Shown here piece after piece: positions 1 to 12,910 of a stretch of 64,000 nt of DNA. Under the pieces are notes generated by a model that saw nothing but the letters and a program-made list of their open reading frames with translations, ran no database searches and was not told the DNA's origin. The stretch lies in contig NC_042999.1 in assembly GCF_006345805.1 (NCBI RefSeq), positions 111,104,001 to 111,168,000 of the forward strand, written 5' to 3'. Made by a program: the position numbers and the translations under genes. Numbering within the stretch: the first letter of the stretch is position 1; the number at the start of each line of letters is the position of its first letter. The DNA comes from Octopus sinensis (Eukaryota).

Positions 1-599
1 TTGTCTAAGAAGCTGTGGTTACATCTGCATGCGTCTATGTTTGTATGTACAAAATGTGAGTTTTACGCACACAGAAGTGCTGTATGCATGTGCATAACAA
101 ATACGTAGATGGCGATATGATGATATAAATATATATACGAATTACATATTACATTAACAGACATAAAAGTATTTTATGCATTTATGTATGTATACAACCA
201 GGCACACACAGAAGTGCACGAGCACTAGTACACGCACACACGTACGCGCACGCACACACCAACATTTTCTTTTCTTGTCCTTAATATCACTGCTTTGTTT
301 ATATATGGGAAACATTTAAATTTTCACAACGCTTACACAAGCCTTACTCGGCGAAACTTCGGGATAGCTATTACCTAATACTCTTCTTTTTAAAAGAACT
401 TAGGTGCAACCCTGCGTAAATCATGGATTTACATAGGATTGCACCCAAGGACTTATGGACTTATTTCTACAAGATCGGAAAGTTGAACTGTGAACTTTTA
501 TGCTTCTTTTTTCTTCTCTTTTTTCACCCCCTAATTCATTTACTCCTGTCTTCTATATCGTTATTTCATTAATCTACATCCTTCTAATTTTCCCTATTT

Positions 600-655
600 G
601 TCTCCGATGATGGAATATCCCATACTCTGGCATATCCCAGAAACAGCCGTAGGTC
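600..655 (+). ncRNA. Type I hammerhead ribozyme-like motif, probably from a PLE pLTR fragment
   Basis: Core CCGATGA 604-610. Stem II TGGAATATCCC/GGCATATCCCA (9 of 11 pairs). GAAAC 640-644, loop AGCC, GTA cleavage triplet 649-651. Stem I is weak (GTCT/GGTC, 3 of 4 pairs). Confidence 0.55.
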
Positions 656-933
656 TTTGAATTTCTTTCCAATAATAATAATAATGCATAAGACTTGAGA
701 TGTTTGCCTTGCCTTAACGTTTGTTGTTGCCGTCTTTAACAATCATATATCCGCTATATCGGAAATCTGGCAGCTGGTACGTAAATATTACTAATTGCTA
801 TCAAAGACACAGTATTTCGTTTTACAAATATATTAGTGACTTGTAGATTAACCTTGTAGGTTAATATTGTGTTAGCAGTGCGATGTTCTTATTTTTAGGC
901 TTAGCGCTACAAGTTTTCTATAGATGCGTGGAT

Positions 934-1004
934 ATATATATATATATATGCGTGTGTATGTGTGCGTGCGTGCGTGTATGTATGTATATATATGTGTATA
1001 TATA

Positions 1005-1050
<46 letters not shown>

Positions 1051-1089
1051 TATATATATAGATATATATATATATATATATATATATAC
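934..1089. repeat. (TA)n/(TG)n compound microsatellite, one of dozens in the window
   Basis: Direct reading. Similar tracts at about 2830-3130, 7770-8125, 10190-10500, 32510-32820, 42070-42170, 49720-50285, 51030-51240 and 52680-53040. Confidence 0.95.
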
Positions 1090-1510
1090 TGCAAATTTAG
1101 GGGGAATACTTGATAAGTGTAAGCACCTGTATACGCCAGATAGTGGCAGAGGTGAGGGAAAATATATCAAATAAAATCAAAAACAGAACACAAAGGATAT
1201 CGCGGTACACGTGTTTCAAGCTTTATAAACGACCTGTTCTTACATCAGTGTATAATGGATATAAAAGATGGTTTAACGCTCTCATCAGCTCTTGTTATTC
1301 CAAAGTGTTACATTTAGGTATTTGCTTTGCAAGATTCTTGATGTGAAATCGTGTGTTGAAACAAATATTGTTACACTTGGGGATAGTCATGTTTTGTGAA
1401 TTAAACATGCGCTCTATATATTTAGTCTTCACTGTTATCATTTTAATAACCTAATGATAGTAGTAGTAGTAGTAGTAGTAGTAGTACTAATAATAATAAT
1501 AATAATAATT

Positions 1511-1758
1511 CTTACAAGCCAAGTGGAATAGTCTCCTTCTACACAATAGTAATGGGATGAGCCAATCTAACGACATCAGCATCAACATCAAATGGGACAT
1601 CTTTCAAGGTGATTCCCTCTACCCATTACTCTTTTGGATGGCATTGATCCCACTCTCAAACGAATTGAATAACACTAGGTATGGGTTCAAAGTGTATAAT
1701 ATTTTAGTAAACCATCTGTTTTATACGGACGATCTGAAGCTGTTTACTAGAAATGACG
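1511..1758 (+). pseudogene. R4/Dong-like non-LTR retrotransposon RT fragment
   Basis: Translates as KWDIFQGDSLYPLLFWMALIPLS...NHLFYTDDLKLF. This is collinear with RRGIFQGDTLSPLLFCLALSPLS...SHLLYMDDLKLY of the 56829-59168 ORF. A TAG/TAA repeat precedes it. Confidence 0.85.
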
Positions 1759-1951
1759 ACCTGAAGAAAATTCTAACTGGGTCCCACCTGCAAGGTCATG
1801 AGCTGTTTATCTTGATATGAGATCACCAAGTCGCGCACATATGGTTGTGATGCATGTGCCCGATGTACCCTTATTAGACGTAATCATGATGGGTATTCTG
1901 AGCTTCGTATATTTTACCCCAGCGTCACTTTGATGGCATGCACTGATCTCT
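1759..1951 (+). mobile_element. 3' part of the 553-bp TAA-flanked non-coding element
   Basis: Aligns by eye with 36144-36340 (ACCTGAAGAAAATTCTAACTGGG...CACTTTGATGGCATG). Followed by a TGA/TAA array at about 1955-2150. Confidence 0.9.
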
Positions 1952-1983
1952 TAGTAATAATGCTGATGATGATGATGATGATG

Positions 1984-2143
<160 letters not shown>

Positions 2144-2171
2144 CAACAAAGCTGAAGTGAAGACCAAATAT

Positions 2172-2352
2172 ATAGTGCTGAAAAGTTCCTGGATTTGGGT
2201 AAAAGAAAATACAAGAAGATCAGTCAATGTATTCTCCTCTCAGATTCACACACTTATTGCAGCGGTCCTTCAGTTTTTCTAAGCCCTCTTAAGGAACTCG
2301 GAAGACTCTTCGCGGCACTCTTAAAGCCAGGAATTTTTCAGCAGCCTCCTCG
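2172..2352 (-). mobile_element. Mariner-derived MITE (degenerate copy)
   Basis: TIR-like ends GTGCTGAAAAGTTCCTGG and CCAGGAATTTTTCAGCAGC. The interior is the reverse complement of the 25241 and 39045 copies. Confidence 0.75.
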
Positions 2353-2838
2353 GTATATACAGATATACACACGTATGTATATATATCTGCAGGCAGTTGT
2401 ATACACATATACACATGCCTATTTAACTACGTTACGTATACAAAAATAACGTAAACAGTAATTATCACTGTATAAGTGTGTGTGTGTGTATAAGTGTATG
2501 TATACACACACACACACACACATACACATATATATGTGATTGTTTGTGTATAAACATCTGTAAAGAAGTAATTAAATTTCACTTAATAAGTAAATAAGAA
2601 AAACTATAAAGGTGATCATTAAAAACCAATTTACATTTATTGTGATAAGATCATCAAATCCCGACTGTTTTGAATATTTTTCAAAACATATCTAATGATA
2701 TTTTAGGTAACTCATTTAGCACGCACTTCAAGATGTACTTTTGTTCGTCGGTTGTGGGGATGGTAATGGTGTTGATGGTGATTTGTTGGGATAATATTAG
2801 TAGTGTACAGAGACTAAGAGAAAACTAATCTGTTGATG

Positions 2839-2893
<55 letters not shown>

Positions 2894-2952
2894 ATATAGA
2901 TGAATGAATACAAACACATACAGACACACAAATACATAAAAAAATACTCACT

Positions 2953-3070
<118 letters not shown>

Positions 3071-3389
3071 TATGCACAACTATACGTTTATATATAGATG
3101 TGTGCATGTGCGCGCATGTGTGTGTGTAAGCATACATATAGTTAGGTAAAAATCCATGGGTCTGAATAAAACTTGCACTCATATTGATGAATAAAGTGAG
3201 TATATTATAAATAAAATAGAATATTATAACCTCATATCAGCAACTTTACCAATCGGTCCGGAGGATATTAACTTGTAGAGTGAGGTTAGAGCTGAGATAA
3301 AGCCAGGCTGGAGTAGAGATGCGAAGAGGCCTAGGAATAGTGGCGAGGGTTAACTGTATAGTTTTAGATACGTTCAACAAAAAAAATCT

Positions 3390-4170
3390 CTTCAACTAGC
3401 TTTGGCTTCTATAGGGACAGTGCTTTAGCAATATCGAGAAGGTTGAACGGCTACACAAGCAATACGCTTAGGAAAAAATCTAACCTGTATCTTTAACCAT
3501 GTTGGTCTTATGGTCAAATAGAAGCCAATCGCAAGGTGGTTATTTTCCCAGATGTGACGTTAGAGTTAGAAACTGGTGCCCATTAACCCTTTCGGAAATT
3601 GAATAACAGGCTAACTTGTAGGCTCCTGCTATTCAGGCATAGTTTTCAGGAACCTAGTCAAAAATGTTAGCAGAAGAATCTCCAATTTATTTTCGAACAA
3701 TGTTATTTTCCATATCGCTGGTCCAGTGTACCATTGGCCACCATTTTAAGGTTAGGTATATTTTCGACCTTATCCCCACCAAAAGAAAATGCCAACGTAC
3801 GATCAAATGGCTTACATTCCCAGTTTCTCTGAATGTAAAATTCCTGTAAGTAGGCTCTTTTTAGTTTTGTCGATAAGCACTTTCATTAAATGCATACTTT
3901 CGGGAAAATATTCAATAAACATACATTGGGCATCTCTTTTAGATATGCTTCTGGCATTGGGGAAATATCATTAACAGGGAGAAAAGACTAAAACAGAAGC
4001 AGGCTGATCATGCAGAGGCTTCGGTAGATGCTAGCTTAACGGACATTGCAATGCAGAAATCATTGTGTATGAGATGGAAATAGTGTTAGATAATCCAAAT
4101 AGAACGATGGACGTGCAAAAATGTGTGGACACGACAGAAGGTCCCTTCAGGATCAAATTCAACAACGGTT
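3390..4170 (+). pseudogene. Degenerate Penelope-like element (RT C-terminal part, linker and GIY-YIG start)
   Basis: Broken frames give FGFYRDSALAI (YxDD region), IEANRKVVIFPDVTLE, NLVKNVSRRISNL, KRKCQRTIKWLTFPVSLNVK, GHCNAEIIVYE and KCVDTTEGPFRIKFNN, in the order typical of PLE ORFs. Confidence 0.7.
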
Positions 4171-5311
4171 CGTCTTCGTTTAACATCCAAGTGAAGTGAA
4201 ATATTACATCACCATCGTGGCACCAGTCTCTTTTTTCTTATTTTTTTTTCTTGGAGAAGGAGGACAGGCACGTCTTCCTCGAGGAAATGATCCGCGAAGA
4301 GACGTCTTTTCTGCACATCAAATTCAATCTTACCTTGTTTCACCCACTGTTTTTGTAATATCTAAATATATTTATGTTTTTCTGATTCATGTTGTATTGT
4401 ACATAAAATGCATATTGTTTAATGAATGACAATTTATCAAAAGCACGAATATGCAAATTACGTGATTCAGATATATGCTAACCTAACTAACGCCTGTTAT
4501 ATATAACGACCTTAAGAGTCTATACTATTGATTGTTGAAGGAACCCGTTAGTGACATTCAGTCGCTGGCAAGCATTCTGACAATGTCTACTCTCTGAAGG
4601 TATCAATATCTTGCCCCTTTTTTCCATATCCTGCAGAAATGTCATGGCCATTTCTTTTATGCAGCATACTGTTGTGTTAATGTTTTGGAAAGAAGCATCG
4701 CTGTATATATTTCAGTGTATATTATTTACAATATATCAGAGAGGTGTTAGCTACTTAGATCGGTTTTTCTGAAGCAATAATGAACTTTTGGCAAAGCATT
4801 CAGCTTTAAAAGAAAATAAAATTTAATATAGACCTGCACTGTATTGACATACATTTGAATTTGAGAATACATCTTGATAAAAAGTAAGATTTGGTGTAAA
4901 ATATAATTTTAAAAAATGACAAATCTTTACATTTTTTTCAAAAAAGTCTATGAATCTGTTTTTATCTTCCCTTTGTTGTTTCTATTTTGCCATTTTTATT
5001 CATTTTTACCTCGATATTTTATATCAATTTTTATATCTACGTTTACAAGAATTTCTAACGTTTTTGTATAAATATATGCTAGTTTTAGCATACTTTTTCA
5101 GCCATTTTCGTCATACTTTTAGATTAATTTTCATTCATTACGTCATTTTTCATGTATTTTTTAAAATTCCTGTACCAGGTGGATGATTTTGTAATCTCAC
5201 ACATTTGAACGGGTTTATATGTTTGTTCGCTTGGAGAGATAGTCATAACTAACCACATTTACAGCTGATTTTCAAATCAATAAAGGAAAATGCTATGAAA
5301 TCGCTCGATTA

Positions 5312-5410
5312 GCTAGAAATAGCAGCCAGATTTTCTTGAAAATCAAATCCTATTTATCTTAAAAGCAGCAGCATATCTCACAAATTAGAATAAGTTATGT
5401 AATGAAAAAG
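5312..5410 (+). repeat. Unclassified old interspersed repeat carrying a GCTAGAAATAGCAGCC motif
   Basis: The motif or variants recur at about 11224, 24442 and 30301 (+) and about 43058-43070 and 53575 (-). Confidence 0.55.
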
Positions 5411-6783
5411 ACAGAAAGCAAGAGAGGGTTGATTGCAAGAAGTTTTTAAAATCTATATCGATATGGATTACTGCAAATAAATAGTTAGAAAGAAATCAAG
5501 AACAGAAAAAAGTTCTCAGAGTAGTTAAGAATTGCTAAGAAAAGAAATGCTTAAGCGAAACTAGCTTCAATCTTATTTTATGATTTCACCAGTGATTGGG
5601 GTGTAGAATTGATTATGATTTATAGATAAATTCTGTAACATAATTGTTCTGTTCACAGAGATATTACAACGTGCTTGCATCTGTTCACAATGTCCGGTAT
5701 AGTTTACAGATATAAGCATAGGAACATGGAAGTATATAGAGATTATCCAAATTATTTCAGTAATATCGATTACCAGCACAATCATATGTCCTCAACTGTT
5801 GGGAATGAGCATACACATATGTATGCATGTACTCAAAACATACACTGTGTATATTCTATTATAAGCTAAATCTTATTGAATCATAACTCTGAGTTTTATG
5901 TCACCAAATATTCAATCGTTTCATGTAGGGAAGTGGCATAAAATATTGCCATACTGTCGGGGTGAAACTCAGAGAAGACTCTCATCCTTTGATAAAATAA
6001 ACACACGTATTGTGTGTGAACACACATATTACGTGTGATTGCCCATGTGTGCGCGCGTGCGTAGGTATGATGGTGGTGACAATCATGATACATCAATTAA
6101 TAAAATTAATAAAAACCTAGAATCCGACCCATGCCAAAACTAGAGTGAACTTTGACGCATGGAAACATTCTTTTTCTCTGAACAATAACACTGTCTGGTT
6201 CCCTGGTTATCGATGTGAAAAACAACACACAAAGAACACATTTTGATAGCGGTATTTTCAAACAAAAATTGCTCGCATACATGTATATGTTATGTATCTA
6301 TGTATATATTCATGTTAATCATGATTACATTTACATATAATACATGTGAATGACATATACATTGGCATAAATATAATAGTCTATGTATACAGTACCTTTC
6401 TGAAAGTGATTTGGTGGAGTTTAAGCTTTTCTCTATAACAACTACATTTCCTTACTTTTGAAACCTAGTCAGAAAGCGTGTACTGGCTACTTAACACACA
6501 TAGCTCAGAAGGCAGTGAATTGTGACAGGAAGCTGGAGGTTAAATAATGTTCCTGTTTGTAAAAAAGTTGATGTTAACCATATGGGAACAAGATAGCATT
6601 TCCAGCTTTTTAGAGCTTGCTGCTATGATCTTTCGACAGATTGTAACAGATATTAAACTAAAAGTACTTTACATTATGATCTTTTGTTCTTCAGAGAACG
6701 GAACAGTCACGATTTAGACCACTTGTTTTCGATATTTAAACTATCTGCAAATGGTTAGAAAGTACTTAGCTAATACTATGTTA

Positions 6784-7142
6784 TTAGGTTGTCAAGAAAG
6801 TTCTTGCGTTTTTTAACCTTTAAATTCAGATGCATATATCTCGGCACAAACAAAACTTTATCAATCGAAATAAACGCCATTAGAATCAGCACACTTTTGC
6901 CAATGGGAAACAATTTTATTTATACCAGTAGCGTAAAATTCCCGCGTTCTGGTGGCGATGAAGTCGTTGAAGGTGTGTTTGGCGGCTTCTTGATTTTTGA
7001 AGCATTTCTCACGCAGGAAGTTGTCGAGATACTTGAGCATTTCATCCATTTTCTGATAGTACTTCTCCGCCGTAATTGTTTCGCCAGGATCCAAAAAGCT
7101 GTGATGAATGAGACCGGCCGCAGACCACCAAACAGTCATCAT
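6784..7142 (-). mobile_element. Internally deleted mariner (Hsmar1/SETMAR-like) 3' remnant with one TIR
   Basis: ORF 6861-7142 contains MMTVWWSAAGLIHHSFL...GETITAEKY...HWQKCADSNGVYFD. TA then TTAGGTTG TIR at 6782-6791. Confidence 0.85.
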
Positions 7143-7178
7143 GGCCTTCTTTTGGTATATATATATATATTTATATAC

Positions 7179-7763
7179 AATAAAATAGGGTAATAATAAA
7201 TTATTATTACCAGTGGCCTAGCACAAAAAACGAATTAGTCATTAGACTATATATTATTCATATAGAAATACAATAAGAGGCTTCCAAATAGGGAAGCGTT
7301 GTGCTAGAACATATAAAGGGATAAATTCATGAAAGGAATGAAAATTAAAAACATTTACCATCTCAACTATATCCCAGACCGACGGTTTCTTACTATTTTC
7401 AGCAAAACAATATTTGCCGAAGGCAAGTTTCTTCAGTGGGACAGCCTTAATAATCCTGACGTACAGACTGCTAGATCCACATGTAGATCTAATGGTTTGT
7501 AAATCCTAACTTTTCAAACCTCTGCGCAGACGCAAATCATACCCGGCGACAGAGAGGATGCCGGTAAAAATATTACGAACAAATTTATCAAACAATATTT
7601 AAACATAATAAAATAGGGTAATAATAAATTATTATTACCAGTGGCCTAGAAACTGTCGGTCTGGGATATAGTTGAGATGGTAAATGCTTTTAATTTTCAT
7701 TCCTTTCATGAATTTATCCCTTTTTGTGTTCTAGCACAACGCTTCCCTATTTGGAAGCCTCTT

Positions 7764-7770
<7 letters not shown>
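7179..7770 (-). mobile_element. PLE pseudo-LTR fragment with partial direct repeat and inverted copy
   Basis: 43-bp direct repeat 7179-7221/7607-7649. About 123-bp inverted repeat 7268-7390/7648-7770. Contains an HHR motif. Confidence 0.7.
7371..7442 (-). ncRNA. Type I hammerhead ribozyme-like motif
   Basis: Minus strand reads GTCCCA-CTGAAGA-(40 nt stem II region)-GAAAC-CGTCG-GTC-TGGGAT. Stem I is a full 6 bp, the core is canonical and the triplet is GUC. The register at the base of stem II is imperfect. Confidence 0.7.
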
Positions 7771-7805
<35 letters not shown>

Positions 7806-8046
7806 ATATAAATGAAAGAATGGAGTCGAACGAAGATGTTAACAAAATTCCTTACTCTCGACATATGTTTCGAAGACAATATGTTTTCATTCCAAAGGAA
7901 TGCTACCCAGGTTTCGGTTAAACGAATTTTCCATGCTGAGGATAAACATAGGATAATTCATTCACCTATTTTAATATATATATATATATCTCAGATCAAT
8001 CACTTGCTATGCGAGTACATCTCCGTAATATATATATATATATATA

Positions 8047-8102
<56 letters not shown>

Positions 8103-8817
8103 ATATACATAAATATATATATATGAGAGAGACAGAGAAAGGCAGAAACAAGGAAAATGCCACTTATATTTGAACACTATACAAATATTCTTTTAAAAAA
8201 ACTTTTCTTTTAATTTTTCTAAATTTAATTATTTAATCGTTACAGATTAAAAGGCCTCAAATGACTGAAACCGGTACTGAAACGTTCTTTATAAAATTAT
8301 TTTAGCATTTTCTATCTTGACTTCTTTTTTCATACATATATATATGTATATATACATACTAATCATATATATAATACACATATACTATATATATTATATA
8401 TATATTTGTATACATAATAATAAAATATTATTAAATTATAATTCCAACCTTACAGGTAAAATTCAGTGTAATGATATTATAGCGAATTTCGTAATATATA
8501 ATATATTATATATGTATATAACTAATTTAGAGACGAACCACAATTCCACAACTCAGTCAATGAAGAACCCGTCCATAATCACGCTGTGTGGCATTTACCA
8601 TACAAAATACTAATCTAAAATTTTAATAATATATAATATTGAACAGTAAGATAATTACAATCATATAATGTATAAGAGCAAATACTTTTAAAAACACACC
8701 GAATACCATATAAAGAAACATTCATCATAAAAGTATTAATCTAAAATCAAATAAAGTATAAATTGAACAATAAAATTTAATACAATAATATAATTTATAA
8801 AAGTAAGTACTTGTACA

Positions 8818-8938
8818 TCGACTACCCGCGTTTCATGACGGCACTAGGGCTATATAAAATCATATAAGCAAACTATATCCAAGTTCATTAGAACGGAAAA
8901 ATGATTTTACTCCCAAAAGCAGTCACTCCTCAGGTCAA
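8818..8938 (-). ncRNA. Type I hammerhead ribozyme-like motif with long stem II insertion
   Basis: Minus strand reads TTGAC-CTGAGGA-GTGAC-(82 nt)-GTCAT-GAAAC-GCGG-GTA-GTCGA. All core nucleotides are canonical and stems I, II and III pair. Confidence 0.7.
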
Positions 8939-9501
8939 ATTCTTAAAAAAACCTAAAATCTATAAGTTTAACTTATCTCATAATATGATAAGGAATAAAA
9001 AAAAGGAATAAAAAATATATAAAGAAACAAAACCTATAATGTAATCCCTAAGTTAAAGACATTAATATTATTAAAAGTTACGAACTAAAATATTAAATAG
9101 AGTATTATTGGGAACAAGATTAATTAATTATGGAAAATGTAAATAAATATATATACGTGTTAGCGTATAAAGCTAATAAAAAACGTATGTCGATATTGTT
9201 TAGAATAAATTTAGAAAACATGACTTATCTGCCGGCGAATTACTGTAGATTAAACCGAAATAAGTGTACTATAGCATTTATACTGAAAAGTTACGTGATA
9301 TATATGGCGTCCAATACTCAGAGATAAATACGTATTATATTTACTATAATAATAATGAAATTATCGATAAAGGTCTACCTAAAGTATATTGTTTATTGAA
9401 GATTTAAAATAATTAAACCCTTTAGATCTACATTAGGCGGGTTCTTCATTGACTGAGTTGTGGAATGGTGGTTCGTCTCTAAATTAGTTATATTTGTGTG
9501 T

Positions 9502-9538
<37 letters not shown>

Positions 9539-9612
9539 TATATATATATATATGCATATATACATACATACATATACATACCTGCATATATTTGTATATA
9601 CACATGAATATA

Positions 9613-9900
9613 TGGGTACAGGACGTAAAAAAAGCGCGAACAACATGAAAAACGAGGACATAAAAAACAAACATATGGAAAACAAACTTTTTTTTCGAAC
9701 AACGAAACAAACAAATAGATAAATGAAACAGGCAACATAAAGAACAATCCCTTCATCAGTGGTCCCCTGTTTTTTCTTTTCCGCATTTCCAAACCAAACG
9801 TTAGGACAATATGCATCTCCGTCATAATAGTCGCAATGCAAGTTAAATAAAATTTGGGATTTGCGGAGGGTTAAAGAGCTAACAAAAACAGAACAGTAAA
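9613..9900 (-). mobile_element. Interspersed repeat, likely a PLE pLTR terminus
   Basis: 9613-9770 is the reverse complement homologue of about 50880-51030, which lies downstream of a PLE GIY-YIG remnant. Both abut (TA)n. Confidence 0.5.
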
Positions 9901-10197
9901 AAGAAATGGTAAGGGCTGTTAAGCCATAACGAAGTGTAGTGATGAACGCTGGAGAAACAAGTTTCTAGTCATGTGTGAGCAACGAGAGAGTCAAGGAGGA
10001 AGAGTGAGGGAGAGAGACATATAGAAAACGGTGAAGGGTGGAGGAGAAGAATTAGAGAAAGGGTGGGTGAGAAAAAAGAAGGAAGAAAGAAGAAAGGATA
10101 GTGGTCTAAGTGTCGCATCAGAATCATTAAGATAAAACAAAACTTACTTGGAAATGGATGCGTGCGCGTTCGATCATATAATAATATAAATAATATA

Positions 10198-10255
<58 letters not shown>

Positions 10256-10406
10256 TATATATATATAAAACAAATGATAGAGATGGAAAATGGATTATAG
10301 GAGAAACTTTATTGCTCACAACGATCGTTTCGTCCAATCCTGCACCTAGAATATTGATTGACATATACACACAAACAACACTGAACAACACATCAATTAC
10401 CACTTG

Positions 10407-10456
<50 letters not shown>

Positions 10457-11586
10457 CATATATATAGATATATATATATACATATATATAGATATATATA
10501 TACAAGCGTGATCCCTAACACAGAACATTTTGTATGCAAAAACACATACGCGCATTGCACAGCTAGACACATTTCACTAGATACTCACACACTCTCGACC
10601 ATCTCTCTTTCTCACACTCATTTATCTCCGAATATATGTATATATGTGTGTGCGTGCGCATGTGTGTGTATGTGTCTATGAATGTATCTATATATATATG
10701 CATACATATATATCTATGTATGTATACACACACACATATATATATTCAAAAAAGTAGTCTCCCTAATATGAAAACAAGCGCCAAACCATATGCTATTCAC
10801 ATACACATTTTCTAAAACAAACTTCACATCACACACACCACACACACTAACACTCCACCACACACATTCACACGCTCACACCAGCACACATACACATATA
10901 TTCATATATACATGCATTCACACATATAATCATACTTACAACAAACGCGCACACACACACAATTACAATGAAACAAAACAAATGACTTTACCGAAGTGGG
11001 TGGGCCTCACCCGCCGCTTAGTCAATACCATTACGAAATATTTCACGATACCCCATACACTCAACAGAATGTAGGATAACATCTACTTAACGCACGTCCC
11101 TGCCAGCTAGCGAGGCAACCCAACACCTTCATCACTTCCAACAATATTTCTATCACACCTCTAACAACAATAGCAATCATGCTCTGATGCATGCGAAGGC
11201 GCCTTTGTGCAGTTATTGTACCAGCTAGAAATAATAACCGAAACCTCTCTCGAATTACTCAACCCCCCACGGTCCTAAAAGCAACCAAACAGAACTTCAC
11301 GTTATGTAATTTAGCACCAGATACACTGTGTTTGAAGAAAGGCGTGGTGGTCAGGACTGGGAGGTTTTGATTATATAGGTTTTCCCAATAATGTCAATCA
11401 TGGATCTAAAGCAAGATCAAAAACAACATCAAGAATATTTTTCTTAAAATGCCTCTTCAACCTATTAAACACAGCAGTGAAATTTCTCCCGTTTTCACAA
11501 TGCTACGTGTTTGTAGTTGTGTGTGTGTGTGGTGTGTGTGTTGTGTGTATGTGTGTATGTACCATTTTTAATATACGTACATTCAA

Positions 11587-11800
11587 AGGCGGCGAGCTGG
11601 CAAAATCGTTACTGCGCCAGAAAAAATTGCTTAGCAGCATTTCTTCAGACTTTACGTTCTGAGTTAAAATGTTCTCAAGGTCGATTATGCCTTTGATCCT
11701 TTCGGGGTCGATAAAATAAGTATCAGTTGAGTACTAGGGTTGATGTAATCGACTTAACCCTTTCCCGAATATTGCTGGCAACCAGCCAAGATTTGAAACC
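11587..11800 (+). mobile_element. tRNA-derived SINE (AAGGCGGCGAGCTGG family, CORE-like body; older subfamily)
   Basis: Head AAGGCGGCGAGCTGGC, body CCTTTGATCCTTTCGGGGTCGATAAAATAAGTA, tail TTTGAAACCAATAT. Homologous to the 37141 and 55855 copies. Confidence 0.85.
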
Positions 11801-12710
11801 AATATGCATACTTACAAACACACATACATACACATATGTGTAATTGTATTTATATCTATATATAAGGATCATGTATTTTATAATCTGAAAGTTTACTACA
11901 GTTTTTTCTCCATAATAAAGATAGCATTTCAAAGGAGAAATTTTGATAGGAATCTATCATCTTTAGACATCCTATATCGGCATATTCGAGACGATTATTA
12001 CGTTCATATAAAAAGGAAAACACTCATGGCTGTCAAAAATGGGAAAAGCCACTATTCATATACTGCTAGAGCAATAAGCAGTACAGGAAAAAATAATGAA
12101 TAAATATTAGAACAGAAAACGGTGCCGATTATTAGCAACTAAACTAACTCTGCTAAATAAACTTACTCAAGGACCAAATGTATGTGTTAAATGAAGTTTA
12201 CTATTCTAAAAAAAGGTAGCGAGCCAGCCAACAAATTTTACAATACTTCTGTTATTATTTTTTTATATGATCTGGAAAGAAGCAATACGTAACGTGTTGT
12301 TAAGTACAAATGTGATTACAATAATTCACTCTAGTTTTTTGTGGTTTTTCAGAACTGAGAGAAAATAAACTGAGCAAAAAAAGAAAGAACAAAAATTATA
12401 GTTTTATTTGCAACCTGACGCAACGGAAGAAGAAACTCGCCCATGGTGATACTCTGAACGAATCTAGATTTTTAACTGAGTACCTACTTCACGAAACTCA
12501 ACACGAGATTCCAGCTTTATATATTCGGTACAAATGTTCAAATATATTGGTGAAATTTTCCTCAATAACCATTCTAATGTCTTTATTTTGTTTTAAATCA
12601 TGAAATTTCCAAAAACATATCGATTTCCTTATGGGGGGGGGGGGTGATGAATAAATAATTACTTTACGTCACTGGGAGTGGCGTAAAAAAAGATGATTTG
12701 CTCCTATTAA

Positions 12711-12910
12711 GGGGGTGAGCTGACAGAGTTGATAGCAAGCTAGGCAAAAGTCTTAGCGGCATTTTGCCTACGTTCTAAGTTCAGATTCCACCGAGGTCGA
12801 CTTTGCTTTTCATCCTGTCCAGCTCATTTATAAAAGTACTAGCCGAGTGCCGGTAACCGACTTGTCCCATCTCTCAAACTTTCTGGCTCTACGCCAAAAT
12901 TTCAAACCAT
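12711..12910 (+). mobile_element. Degenerate tRNA-derived SINE, same superfamily
   Basis: Contains GAGGTCGACTTTGCTTTTCATCC and the tail AATTTCAAACC. Confidence 0.7.

Noticed and set aside
1201-1256. Minus-strand hammerhead-like relic CTGATGT...GAAAC-ACGT-GTA
   Set aside because: A9 is mutated and stem I does not pair. It is at most a decayed copy.
4196-4429. Possible exon with a K-rich peptide and a GTAAGA donor on the minus strand
   Set aside because: No consistent acceptor, frame and donor combination was found. It lies directly after a PLE remnant and may be part of it.
8241-8281. TACAG...GGCC...GAAACCGGTA-CTGAA hammerhead-like relic
   Set aside because: The 3' half is convincing, but the CUGANGA box is unrecognisable (ATTAAAA).
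9205-9800. Hammerhead-like fragments near 9225-9268 (+) and 9752-9795 (-)
   Set aside because: Several core mismatches are present, and a complete three-way junction cannot be drawn.
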